A stretch of 64,000 nucleotides of DNA. It comes from Dimorphilus gyrociliatus (Eukaryota; Animalia; Annelida). This document shows positions 25,278 to 38,202 of this stretch, in pieces. The stretch spans positions 176,028 to 240,027 of the forward strand of contig CAJFCJ010000046.1 in NCBI GenBank assembly GCA_904063045.1. The letters run 5' to 3'. The notes beneath the pieces are model-generated. The model ran no database searches, was not told the DNA's origin, and saw only the letters and a program-made list of their open reading frames with translations. Made by a program: the position numbers and the translations under genes. How positions within the stretch are numbered: the first letter of the stretch is position 1; every line of letters begins with the position of its first letter.

Positions 25278-26191
25278 TTAAAACAAAGATTTTATAATAT
25301 ACAAAGAAGAAACAATTGAGTACAATACTGTAGAAAGTACTATTTTGGAACTTGTATTCTTTTTTCCAGAATCATCCGTTCCTCCATCACCTTCACTCTC
25401 TCCTATACTCTCTCCAATATGTCTGTTGCATTTATTAGTGTTACAGTAACAACGATATGCGTAAGGTGTTCTTTGGCACGAAGAATCATACTTTGTTGGT
25501 ACACAGGTTCTAAAAACAGTTTCTATACCTATAAAAAAATGGTTTAAAAAAATTACTGAAAAAAATCAAAAAATTAAAACTTCAATATGAAATTTACCTT
25601 CAGACTTCTGATAGTAATAAGAACAAGTTTCACCTAGACACGTCGAAGTTGATGTACCACTTGCACAGCCAATGTCATTAGCACTTGAACAGCTGTAACA
25701 AGTTACAGCTAAAAGAAAAAGAAATAGATTAATACATACATAAAAAAATATAGTTACCTCCAGCTCCTCCACTACTTTCACTTTGTTCAGTTTGTCCATT
25801 GCATCTATCAGTGTTACAGTAACAAACATACACACTATTAACTGTTAGGCACCTATTACCAAGGTTGCCATAAGTACAGCCTCTACCAAAAACTTTTTTA
25901 CCTATAAAAATTGGTAAAAAAAAAAGATACTGATAAATCAAAAAGTCATAAGTTCAATGTAAAATTTACCTAAATTTGTCGAATAGCCATAAAAACAAGT
26001 ACCACCTTGGCATGTAGTAAATGTACTACTGTCACTTTCGCACTTTTTATAATCTGCACATTGGTAACAAGTGAGAGCTAAAACAGAAAAAAAAAACAAA
26101 GAAAAGATTATAAAATATCTAACAAAATATAATTGAACTTACCATAAGATACTGGCAACAAAGTCACAAAGATAATTAGAAGTTTAAACAT
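25278..26191 (-). CDS. Secreted GPI-anchored protein with two tandem Ly6/uPAR (three-finger) domains; 5 exons (26191-26143, 26077-25970, 25901-25758, 25708-25598, 25528-25278)
   Basis: Signal peptide MFKLLIIFVTLLPVSY; LU1 LTCYQC...CYCNTDRCN; LU2 VTCYSC...CYCNTNKCN; Gly/Ser linker; hydrophobic C-tail. All four GT-AG introns are phase 1 and the frame is intact. Confidence 0.87.
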
Positions 26192-27131
26192 ATTTCTCGT
26201 TTTTAATTTCTAGGTATTTTGTCTTACAATGTTCAGAATCGCAAATGTTATTCTGCAAAAATTTCCCCTAATGTTCTATTTTTATATCAGATAATTTATA
26301 ATTTATTCAAAAAATTGTAATTTGAAATATGATTATTCATATATTTAATACCAACTACTTTCTCATTGGTATAACCTCATGAATAATAATAAGAAAATGG
26401 TGGAAGCCATTGAATCAATAGGAAGTAAATTAGACATATTGAGTCTGTTAATCATTCATTTAAAATGTTATTAAGCTAAGCCTCTGGTTTTTGGGAAAGC
26501 ATTTATAATGGAATGAAGTGCATATTTAAAAATCAGAGAATAACAGGGGAAAGGAAAATGGCGGAAAATGACCAGGATTAAAAATATCCAGACTAAAAAA
26601 TGGCCAGTGGATTAATTGAAAACAGTCACAATATTAATTGAAAATTTGCTAGAACCCAGATTGAAAGTTGACAAAATCTATTTGTGTATATATATATATA
26701 TATAGCAATATCTGTTTTTAACTATTAAATGTGGGTTTAATACGATTTATCATTAATTTATATCACAAAATTAGTTAATAAGTTAATTTCAATTCTACTC
26801 ATAATCTCCATTGTCTCTTTTTCACCATACTATTGCATTTTCTTAAGTCTGCTTTTGTCAAGATCCACAATTGATTTTTCAAGTTCAATTTACATTCTTA
26901 TAGTCAGTTATTGAATGCAAAATATTAAGTAAATCCTATATTGACAAACACTGACAAGAATTTTCAAAAAATATTTTTCAAGCCATAAGTTACATATTAG
27001 CTTAATTGAATAAAAGATCTATATGAATACTGCTTTAAGCATACTTAAAAGAAATTACTTAAATCTTAGGCCAAATTCAAGACTTTCAGGACAAAACAAG
27101 AAAATTGTATTTTTAATCGTATGATGTTTAT

Positions 27132-27580
27132 TTGGGGATCCAGACAAAACGTCCCCTGGACAGATTGTCTCTTGAGCAACAGAAGTGAAATAATTTCTTT
27201 ATTGTACTAAATAATGTTTTATTGAATTGCTAATTAAATATTAATATAAAAAGTGTTTCAAACTATTTTTAATGTACTTAAAATTAGAATTATTTGATTT
27301 GAAAAAAAAGTACTATTTTACAGGAAGTCTTGTCCACTTCCTGTTTTTGATACATGGTAACCATCATTTTTTACTACACTTTTTATTTTTGGTGCTGTAA
27401 CCATTGTTTCTGATTTAAAACAAGGTGGTTTTGGTATAGATATTTAACTAATTGACTATGTCGATAAGCAATGGATTTCTTGAGATTTCTTTGTTCCAAG
27501 TACCTGGTCAGTCTACAGAGAAATAATTAGGACTAACAATGACTTGGAAGGTTGGCATAATATGTTTAATAGAAATGTAT
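27132..27580 (+). mobile_element. MULE remnant (TIR array plus transposase C-terminal piece)
   Basis: GGGGATCCAGACAAAACGTCCCC terminus, and later PSTWSVY...RTNNDLEGWHN. Confidence 0.55.
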
Positions 27581-27648
27581 CTGCTAATATTATAATATTC
27601 TCCTTATCATTATAGAAAGCAAATATTTGTTTTTCATTTTAAATCTTG

Positions 27649-27854
27649 GAAATATGCTCACTTTAATGTGATAGGCCTAAGCCTTCTTTCTATTGTCTTG
27701 TATAAGAATTGAATTTCCAATTCTGAAATTTTAAAAATAAATGACCTATAAATCTGGTGACACTATTCAATAATCAGGGTAAATTTTTTGAACATAACTG
27801 ATGCTTGTACTTTTCCATAAATAGGCCTATCACATTAAAGTGAGCATGTTTCCT
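27649..27854. repeat. ~31-bp inverted repeat pair (small foldback/MITE-like)
   Basis: GAAATATGCTCACTTTAATGTGATAGGCCTA versus TAGGCCTATCACATTAAAGTGAGCATGTTTC (1 mismatch). Confidence 0.75.
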
Positions 27855-28099
27855 CCATGTATTTAACAAGATCATATAACTGTCAATATCAGCTAAATTT
27901 CTTTTAATTTTTTTTAATGTGATGTTTCATGATATTACTGGGAAGAAATGGAAAAGCTAACATCATCTTCATTGCATGCCACTTTCCTGTTTTGTTTTTG
28001 TAGTCTGTACTGTAGACAAGCTCATAGTGTTTTTTTTTTTACATATTAAAAATTTCAAAATCTATTTGAAATCATTACTTTGATTTTTCTAAATATAGC

Positions 28100-28790
28100 C
28101 TGAGATCACTGAAACAAACATCCACTTACAGTGGTGAAAGAAACTTTTCGTTGGATGGAATATTTTTTTGTAAGGGCTATTTTGAAGGGTAATCAATGGC
28201 CTTGTTTTAAAAAAATATTGACTAAAATGTAGGAAATTTTGTCTAGTTTTATGAATAGTTTTCAGATTCTCTCTACCTCTCCTAGTTTACAAATTATTTG
28301 CATTTATCAATGCACCAAAGTACTCACACCACATAGAACCAGAGCTGACTAGCTTGGGAAATGCATTTCCTTTTATACATTTCCCAAATCTTGGATTCAA
28401 TTTGGTGTTTTGTAATTTGGTATGTAAATTCAGTTTGTTTTGAAATAAAATTTTGAGATATGATCCAATCTATCCAGAGAAGGGGGACTATGTTGATTAT
28501 TTTTAATGTTTTCAACATTAGCGTTTGATTTGAGGGTTGATTCAGGAAAAAGTCCATTAGACAAATTATAGGGAATAATTCAGGATCTTTAATGAAATAT
28601 ATACTTAATTTTATCAATTTGGTTTGTGATTTAATAAATCTAATGATATTATAAGTCAAAGTCTTGGAATTGATTGTCAGCTTCTTTGAATATGAGGGAT
28701 AGAAAAGCTATTCCTAAGACAAATTTCACCTTGTTTGTCTATTGAGGAATATATTTGAAACAAAGCCAATTGTTTTAAACTATTAACAGC
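28100..28790 (-). pseudogene. BC-box LRR (ZYG11-like) pseudogene
   Basis: MAVNSLKQLALFQIYSSI (BC-box-like) and a frameshifted FPKLVS-LVLCG LRR, with multiple stops. Confidence 0.4.
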
Positions 28791-31148
28791 CATTATATTC
28801 AATATCCGCTGAAACTGAAAGCAAAGACTATGATTCTCTAACATAAATTGTGGTTTGGACACCACAAAAAGCAGAATTAGAACAATTTTCGAAATTCTTT
28901 TATGTTAAAAAAAATATTCTTTTACTCTCTTTCTTGATTTTTTAATAACTTTGTTGCATTGGAATTTCATTTTTTATTACAAAGACAAAATTTTTCCCAG
29001 CAGCAGAATCAAAGGGATTATTCAATGGTACACAGCCAAAATCATCTGTACTGAGTATTCTAAGCTTGCATTATTGAAGCCTTTATAAGGAATTGAGTTC
29101 ACTTTACAATATTCAACACTATCACACCTAGATCTGATAAATAAAGCAATAATACAATTGTAACATGGCAGTGGCATAACAAAGAGCTGTTGAAACCCTA
29201 ACCACTTAGCAGAAATTATATGTCAGCTTTCGCTACAACTTATCGATAGTGAGTTTTCAGTATTTCTATTTATTATACCTTTAAATTTAAGATAATCACT
29301 TTGAAAGCTTTTTGTAGATAAGACTGTCTTGATCTATACATTTGCGAGAAAAACTAATATTAAATATTTTCAGCTACCTTAATGACAACTCATTATTATG
29401 GATTCAATGGAAAACTTGTGTTTTAACTATTATGAAAATACACTTAAAACTATACTAAATCATTCATTCATATTTGATTTATTCTATTGTCATTTAACTG
29501 AGAAAAGAATCATTAGCGATCATTTTGGCAACTTTCCAATCAAACCGTATAAAACACACAAAAGTGAAGCTATTATAGAGCTCACCAATGTAATGAAAAA
29601 CTGTAACTTCATAGATGTTATTGATATTCTACGCCAAACTAGTGACATCAGCGAAGAATTGGCTACAAATTTAAGTTAGGAAAAAGTTTCCATATGAAAA
29701 ATTTGATGTACAAGTTGGCAAATGAAGAATGGAATTCTGATTATAATGAAAAATTGTTTATATTCATTATTTTGAAAAATGTTGCAAAAGACACAACAAT
29801 TTATGAAGAGATTTATAGACAAACTTTTAAAAACATTTCTTATATCAATCAACATATTATTCAATTGTTTTTTCAAGAAAGAAAAAAGATATTGTATTAT
29901 TAATAGATGGAGCAGATGAGTTTCATTTGCCAACACATCAACTTCATGATATAATCAATAGGGCAAATTGTGATATTCAACCTGCTCTTTGGACTAGAAA
30001 ATGGAAAGGGGAACAAATCAGAAGCACTTGCGACATTGCATTTGAATTGACTGAATGGACTAACCATCAAATGGAAATATTTTTTCAAAAATGTTTTTTT
30101 AAAGACAATAACAAAGCTAAGAATTTAGTTGAAAATGTTGTTAAGAAATATCAGATAATTAAAAATTTATGTCAAGTACCACTTTTAGCAATGATTCTAA
30201 TGTATATTTGGACAGAAAAAGGTGATATTTCTAACAAAAGTGTTTTTCAACTATATGAAGATTTTGTTAGTATAGTACAAGAGAAAAATTTGGAGATTAC
30301 ACATAGAAGCAAATGTAATATAGAAGAAATATATAAATTATGCTTTATCAATCTTTCAAAAACTAAAATTATCCTTGACATAAATACAGATTTTGAAAAA
30401 GTTATTGAGAATTGTCTAAAAGGTTTAATTGGTATAGTTCCTTCTATGTTGATGAAAAAAGAGTTACAACTGTATCATTTTTCTTTTCAAGAATATTTTG
30501 CAGCCAAATATTTAATAAAAGAATTTGAAAAGAAACCTAAACACAAAGTTTGGACAACAAAAAATTCACTGAATGAGAAAATAACTTTGGATGAATTGTT
30601 CGAAGAATGTCACAATATCAAAGTGTATAATACATTAGATTTTGTTAAACAATATTCTGAATCTATATTCAAAAACATTTTCCTCTCTTCTAAAATTGCA
30701 CAACAAATATTTGAATGTAGTGAAAATGTGCAAAATTACTAATCAAATCATTAATTGCAACTTTAATTCTATTATTATGACTAACTAGATGATCTCTCTC
30801 CAAATAATTTAGTTCTAGTACTGTGTTATTGAAAGATAATCTTTTTGACAATTTGGTGAATACTCTACATCAAATTTAATAAATCTGACAAATATATAAA
30901 GAAAAATATTATTTTATCAAAACCTGAGGAGGTGAAGAGATAAGGATTAAGGGATTTAATGATTATCCTCTCACTCCTGCATGATAATTGATAAACTTTA
31001 TTTTCATAATCTTTTAATTCAAAGGATAGAGATGAATCTATTACATCACTTTTTTTCTTTTTCACCAAAATAATAGATTTTTAGAGATTTCTTTACAGGC
31101 ATGTGATTTACATGAAGAATACAGTGTACAATTTGGAAATTTTCTAAG

Positions 31149-33064
31149 GGGGTCGGGAAAAAACGTCCTAATTGTTGGGAAAAAACATCCTAAAGGCTGG
31201 GAAAACACGTCCTATGCCTGGCACAAGAAATACTTGGCATAATTTTTGATACTTATAATCAGAAATGTTTTTCTCTTTGCTGTTTACTTCATTTATAGAA
31301 TAAAATATTAATATTTTTGAAGAAAGGGATATGTATTGTGATGTTTTTACCAGTTTTCTCTCAATTATGTAATGCTATTAAAAGAGAAATGAGCTATTTC
31401 CTTGTCTTGTCTGTAAGTGAAAGATAGATTTTGCATTTCTTGGCATATTTTCAGGCTAATTTGTTTTTTAAGCATTGAAACTCTTGTATTGATTTGGTTT
31501 ATTGAATATTACAAGATTATACATTTTTTTAAGAACCCTTCTTTCCAGTGAGTTATTATTTATAATTTTTGTATTGGCAGCCATATTTGAAATGAAAGAT
31601 GATAAGTGTTCTTCATGCAAAAGTTTGAGTGAAAGATATTGTCTCATTAGTTTATCAGATGTGATTAATGATGATCCCATTGTAAAAGCTGCTCTGAGTT
31701 GTACTCATAATAACATGGTTAAAGACAATTGTAGTCTTAATGAAATTAACAATACTTCTAATATGGAGGAAAATTTATTGCATGAAAATGAAACTGAAAA
31801 TAATGAGAACACTGAAAGCTCAGACAAATTTCATATTATTATTGGTGGAAGTCAAAAAGGGAAAGATATTTTGACCAACAATGGCTATGCTTTTAATATA
31901 AAATCTAGAAGTGACAAGAGAACCATCTGGAGATGTTCTGTTAGAAATAAGAATATTCAATATCCATTAGCTAATTCCATTAGCATTTGCTTTTTTAACA
32001 TCAAAGAAAAAAAGTGTACAAAATGATTCTTAAAGAAAGTATCATTTGGTTATTTAATTCTGTTTCATTAACTTCATCTTATCAAAAGGAGATTCAAAAA
32101 TTGACAAATGGTTTTCAACCTGACAAATTTTGTAGTTGATTTTGAATTAGGTATATGGAGTGCTCTTAACTCAGTTTACCCTAATATTCCTATTCAAGTT
32201 TGTGTCTTCCATTGGACACAAGCTGTCACAGAAAAATTCAAGTAAGCTTATATTTAAATTCAGTGCTTGGCCTTATTATTAAATTATTGTAGAATTTGGG
32301 ATACACACAACAATATAATAGGGAAAAGAAGAAGGCAGGACTGCTGAAACAAGTTTTGGCATTACCTTTTCTTCCAGATGAAGCCATTCTAAACAGTTTC
32401 TACATGCTAAAAGATGAGGCCTTTGAGAGAAATGAATTTTTGGATTTTTTCCAATACATTGAAAGTACTTGGATTAAGCATTCAATTTGGACACCAAATT
32501 GTTGGTCTGTATTTGGTCTTGCCATCAGGACCAACAATGATGTTGAAGGATGGCACAGAAGAATAAAGGCAAAAGCAAAAGGGTCATTTTATATGCTCAT
32601 AGATATTTTAAAACAGGAATCAAGTCTTATTCCAGTGGTAGAGAAACTTCTATCAGAAAAAAGGCTAAAGAAGTATCAGAAGAAAAGTGTCATCCAGAAG
32701 CAGAACCAAGTATTTGCTGTTTGGGATGAATACAAATTGGGAATGATTACATCTGCTGTCCTCTTGCAGAAGATTGCATTAATCTATTCAAAATAATTCT
32801 CAGTGTGTTAACATACTTTTTACTTTATTCTAGTAACTTTTAAACTTTGTATAACATTCTTAGCTTTTTTTATTTTTAATACATTTTAATAAACATATAT
32901 TCATTAGTAATTATTATATTCTCAGTATATTGCCATTGGTTCCCAAAATAGAGCAATCTTTTTTAAAATTCAAATATCTTTTCCCACTACTTGTTTTTCC
33001 CAACCTTGGGACATTTTTTCCCACCTTGGGACGTTTTTTCCCAGGGACGTTTTTTCCCATACTC
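31149..33064 (+). mobile_element. Full-length but decayed FLYWCH-MULE with 8-bp TSD
   Basis: Terminal GGGAAAAAACGTCC arrays are inverted at the two ends, with TSD TTTCTAAG (31141-31148, 33065-33072). Coding remnants: GGSQKGKDILTNNGY..WRCSVR, VVDFELGIW..CVFHWTQ and RTNNDVEGWH. Confidence 0.9.
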
Positions 33065-33491
33065 TTTCTAAGACACTGCCTAAAAATGGAAAGAATAAAT
33101 CTCTCAGATAATATGAATATGAGAAATGGAATATTTCACATTTTAAAAGGACTTTACAAATCTTCAAATTCTTTGAAGCAACTCTGTTTCAGTTCATGTG
33201 ACTTAGATGAAGAGAAAGGTATAGAAATTGGAAATTTGATAAATAATTGTTATCGTATAGAAACAATAGACATATCTGAAAATAATGAGCTTGGACATGG
33301 AATAATTAATATTTGTGAATTTCTTGAAAAATCTGGCAATTCTTTGAAGAATATTCAATTTCAGACATGTGATTTAAATGATAAAAAATGAGCAGCAATT
33401 GGAAATTTATTTACATATTGCTCAAACTGATAAAAATAAACCTATCACATAATTCAAACATGGGAAAACAATTAAGTTATATTTGTCATAG

Positions 33492-34127
33492 TGTACAACT
33501 TTGGTTATATTTAACATGCTTGAACTGTATTATTTGATGCAACTTATACATGTACATCTTAAAACCTATGCAAGAAAATGCTACAACATTGGACAAACAT
33601 AAGTCTGATTAGTCAGCTTCAAGGCTCATCTTTAATCACCAATAAAGGTTTGGCCAAGTTATAATTTAATTAACTTGCCTAGGGTGTGGCCAAGTTATAA
33701 TTCAATTAACCTTCCTAAGTGTTCAACCTTGTAACATCCTGTTACTAAAGATAAATATGAACTACACATTTCTGCAACTGTAAAGTGATGATTGGATGTT
33801 AGAGGCAAACCTCAAAGTATATAAATCCTCACTATTCTCATTCTGCATGCAGCTTCCATCTGGACCCAAGCACCTGGGAAGATAACCTGGAAACAACCTC
33901 CACTGGAACCATCCATCTACTCCTCAACATAGGAAGACAGTTTGGTAATTTGGCAACCTGCTATTACAAACTATCTATTCTGCTATTGAACTCTCATATT
34001 GTTATTTGCTTAAGTATTATTATTGCGAATAAACCATTTTATTTTAAACATTTGTTTAAAAGGTTCGAGTAGAACCAGTATTGCTATAACTTGCAAATTG
34101 CTAGATTTTGCCAGCAAGAGCAGTACA
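33492..34127 (+). mobile_element. Solo LTR (Ty3/gypsy-type termini), 636 bp
   Basis: TG...CA ends and the 4-bp TSD ATAG (33488-33491, 34128-34131). Removing it restores the LRR reading YICHRLIRSSNSLK. Confidence 0.87.
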
Positions 34128-35134
34128 ATAGACTTATAAGATCTTCAAATTCTCTAAAGAATATTTGCTTTCGAAATTGTAATTTAACTGACAAACAATG
34201 TAAAGATATTGGGAATTTGTTTCAATGTTGTTCAAAATTAGAAACATTAGACTTGTCAGATAATGGAGATATGGGAAATGGATTTTTAATTATTAGTGGT
34301 AGACTTCAAAATTCTGCAAATACTTTGAAAGAATTATATTTTCGATCATGTAATTTAAATGAAGAACAGGGTAAAACAATTGCGTCTGTTCTACGAAATT
34401 GTTCCAACATATGTACATTACAACTGTCCGAAAATAGAAACATAAGAAATGGAATATATAGTATTTTTAATGTACTTCATAAATCTTCGAATACTATGAA
34501 GAAATTGGATTTTCGGTCATGCAATCTCAATGAAGGACAAAAGTTCCACTCTTGCTAGTTTGCTGATACAGTGCCCGAAATTGCAATCAATCTATATATC
34601 ACAAAATGAAAATATGGGATATGGAATATTTAATATTTGTGAAGGACTTGAAAAATCAGTAAACACATTAATTGAACTCTCTTTACAGGCATGTAATTTA
34701 AATGAAGAAGATTGTAAAGAGATTGCATATTTGCTGAAAAAGTGTCCAAACATGGAAGTAATTGCACTTTCTTGGAATACAAGCATAAACGATGGAATTT
34801 TTCATATTTGTGATGCACTTCAAAAATCTTCAAATGCTTTGAAAAGTCTTTACTTATATGGATGTAATTTCAAGGAAGAACAAAGTAAAAAGATTAGACT
34901 TCAGCTTCAACATTTTTCAAAGTTAAACATATGGATGTAATTCCTATACATAGAAAAAGAAGGTTGATGATTTGAGCACTTTATATCTAATAAATACCAT
35001 TTATGTCTTGCTAGTTCAACTAATTGATGTCAGTTGTGCGTTTATATTACCATTAGGTTCATCTGTCAGGTCAATTTTTGGCAAGTAATTGATTGGAAAA
35101 AAATGTAGGAGTGGTTTAAATATTATTTATCCTT

Positions 35135-35342
35135 GGATGCGACAGAAAACGTCAACAAATTGCTGCTTTTGCCCTAACCCTAACCCAGCGCTTGGCCGTA
35201 CCTAACCTTTTCCAATAGCCCTAACCCTAAGAGGAGAACCTCCTAAGTACAAATCAGTTTGCTGTATTCTTCTTCCTCACCATATTTCAACTCAAAATCT
35301 AGCCTTCAAATTTCTCATTTATTGACGTTTTCTGTCGATTCC
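35135..35342 (+). mobile_element. Telomere-repeat MITE
   Basis: GGATGCGACAGAAAACGTC...CCCTAACCCTAACCC...GACGTTTTCTGTCGATTCC. A degenerate 9-bp TSD is possible (6/9 match). Confidence 0.9.
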
Positions 35343-35539
35343 TTGTTTCTTTATAATTATTTTCTAAATTTTCAGTAGTAAATAACTCTTACATTTGTGA
35401 AGTCTTAACCTTTAGCTCTCTCTCTCACTCTGGACATGCTAAACATAAAGCATGTGTTTATACATTATAGCTTATAATGTGTTCATTTAAGATATTTGTA
35501 AATTACAATGACTGAAAATATATTTTGTAAAACAACTAA

Positions 35540-35762
35540 CTTGCTCAAATTCTAAAGGTTTTAACAAATTTCCAATCTCTCTATTGTGTTCAAGATTTTT
35601 CAAAGTATCTGATAAATTTTTAAGTCCTTCACAAATATCCAATAATTCATTTTCCTTTGTTTAATTCAATAATATATATATTGTTTCTATTCTAAAACAA
35701 TTTTTTAGTAGATTTCCAATCTGTCCACCCTGTTTTTCATTTAATTTACAGCAGTGTAGACT
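35540..35762 (-). pseudogene. RI-type LRR fragment
   Basis: The minus strand reads SLHCCKLNEKQGGQIGNLLKNCFRIETI*...ICEGLKNLSDTLK. Confidence 0.6.
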
Positions 35763-37047
35763 AATATGTAGAATGAGCCTTTTAAGTTGACCCGACTGTT
35801 CATCCTGCTATGCCAACCTTCTAGACTCTTATTTATTCTAATTGACAAGCCAAGAACTGACTAATTTTCCGGTTTCTACTATCTATCTATCTTCTATATC
35901 TAACATAAAATTTTAGATTCATAAAATAAACATCTTATTTAACTCTGAAAAGAAATCAATATTTAAAAATGAAGACAAACCATTGCCTAATGCCACTCAG
36001 TCAAAATGGTAGAATTCAATATTATGTACATTCAATATGAAGAAAAAAAATCAAAACGTCTTACTTAAAGTGAGTAAAATTATTAAAAACTGGTACATTT
36101 GCTTGTAACAAAATATTGTGGGGTTCTAATAGAAGCGAAAGTGTATTTTTCATTTAGCATTTAGTGGCTAATATTCAATTCTACCAATGTGTATAAGAAC
36201 TTAAAAGTTAGCAATAGCTTTTTCACTTTGATAAGAGTCATTATCTATTCAATATTTTTTTCAAGTGATAACCTAGAAATATAATTTATTAAAGATTTTG
36301 AGTAATATTATATCTCTAGTGAAATTGTAATAAAAGGTATGTACTGTTCACTAGTCTCCTCATAAAGTAAGACTCCAATGTATTAATTCAAAAAAAGTTT
36401 AGGTTCAAGGTCATTTCTTATAATTTTGACCTTGTGGCAGAGATCAGGACTGACAGAACGTTTTTTTCAAATGAGCCAATTACCAATCTTTGTCCAATTG
36501 GCTTTTTCAAAAAACAGTTTTTGATAGCTGCAATCATAAATTAAGTAATTAAATCCAATGGTAATGGTTCATAAATATATGGTTTTAACCTAACCTAGCC
36601 ATTATCTAAATAAGTGTCTGTAAAATACTAATCATCGTGTGTTCTGTTATATTTTCAAATTTATAGCATGGAAACACGTGATAACTGGTACTGTCAATTA
36701 GATTCGCAGATGCTCTATGTAGTTCAGTGCCATCAGATTTTGTTGTTTTAAAGCTGAAAAAAAAGAATGGAAATATTTAATTAATAATTTTAATGCAAAA
36801 ACTAAAAAAAAAATTAAATATACTCACAAGTTGAGAAGCCTATAAACTTTTCTAGATAGAAATATGGTCTGGATTTTATTCCAATTAAAGAATAGTACTT
36901 TACACTAAATTCAAAGGCACTTGAACTAGCAGTAAACAATAAGCAACATGAGAAAGAAATAAAAAAAAACTTTTTCTTTTTAGCTCTGCTCAGCAAATTA
37001 TAGTAAAGAAGAAGATTACTTAAATATAGTCTGAAAACAGGTTTTAT

Positions 37048-37400
37048 TTGTTTTATAAATATGAAATTTTTTTAATAGAAAACACTACTCTTCTTTGTGA
37101 AGCTACCAACATAATACCATTTACATTTATGTATGTTTGGCTATTTAGTACTGTTTTACCGAACGCAATAGCCAGTTTATTCTTATATAGTCCTATACTG
37201 AGAGCAATAACAAAACACAGAAAAGCAATTTCTTAAGTATCAAATTCTGTTAGTTTGGGATCTGAAGGCAGGAGTATTAGAGCTCTAACTGCTTTATTAA
37301 TATTTAACTGTTTATTATGGCTAATACCATCTTTTGTGTCTATTTTTATAAAATTGAAGTTTTTATTAATGTTTGAAAAGGTTCATAAAAACTTAACACT
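37048..37400 (+). pseudogene. Class A GPCR TM5-TM6 fragment
   Basis: NAIASLFLYSPILRAITKHRKAIS*...EGRSIRALTALLIFNCLLWLIP has the TM5-ICL3-TM6 pattern, with an in-frame stop. Confidence 0.4.
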
Positions 37401-38202
37401 TCCATTTCCGTAGTTTATTAGAAAAGAATTTTTCAGAGTATACATTTCAGTTTGGAGATTATTACAGCATTTTTAAATCAACTAGGAATGAATTTTATCA
37501 ATCTTCTCTTCAATATAATTGTTTGTAAGATTTATTTTTCAATATGCAAATGAGGTCATTAAAGGGAATATATATTTTAAATAACTAGGTCATTTCAGTT
37601 CAATAATTCAACTGGAAATTGTACCCTAAACCAGAAATCAAAGATAATTAAACCAAGTTTGTTAATTTCAACAGATAATTATGATTACTTTGATAACAAT
37701 GAAGATTGTTGTAAGTATCTCTCTTTCATTTTCACTCATCATAAATTCAATATCATTCTTGACACTAAGAAGAGAAAATACAACTGTATCATCTTATAAT
37801 TTAACAAAAGTTATAGTAATTAGGTCAATCCTTTTTCAATGTTAAGAAAAAAGGTGGGGGAGAAAATGAATGATTAATGACCTCTGTTTATTATATTTGT
37901 ATACAAATCGCTTAAACTTTCCAGAAGAAGACTATCAATGAAAAATACACAAAACAATTGGAAAAAGAATTCAATCTGGAAATGTTTCAGTCTATTGACT
38001 CCGTCTGTTAAAAGTGATAGGATGAATAAATGTGAGTTGTTTGTCTTCTTAATAAATTAGTAATTAGTAAAATCTTATTTATTGAGACTTATTAAGAGTG
38101 CACTATTGTATTTTCTATTTTGACGGGTACACTTCTTCACTTGGCACCAAAGTGGTAGAAACTTAAAACAGTGGAAAGACATATGTTTGGAAGCTTTTCA
38201 TC

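Larger units (their letters stand above)
29398..34940 (+). pseudogene. NLR-like NACHT-LRR gene disrupted by a MULE, a solo LTR and frameshifts
   Basis: Walker A remnant GKS (~29680), Walker B DIVLLIDGADE (~29890, after a 1-nt shift), helical LCQVPLL and HFSFQEYFAAKYL. RI-type LRRs run from 31085 to 34940 and read through once both insertions are removed. Confidence 0.78.

Noticed and set aside
35767-35905. Possible 139-bp TG..CA solo LTR in an LRR fragment
   Set aside because: The flanks match only 4/5 (TAATA vs TAAAA), and excision does not restore the LRR frame.
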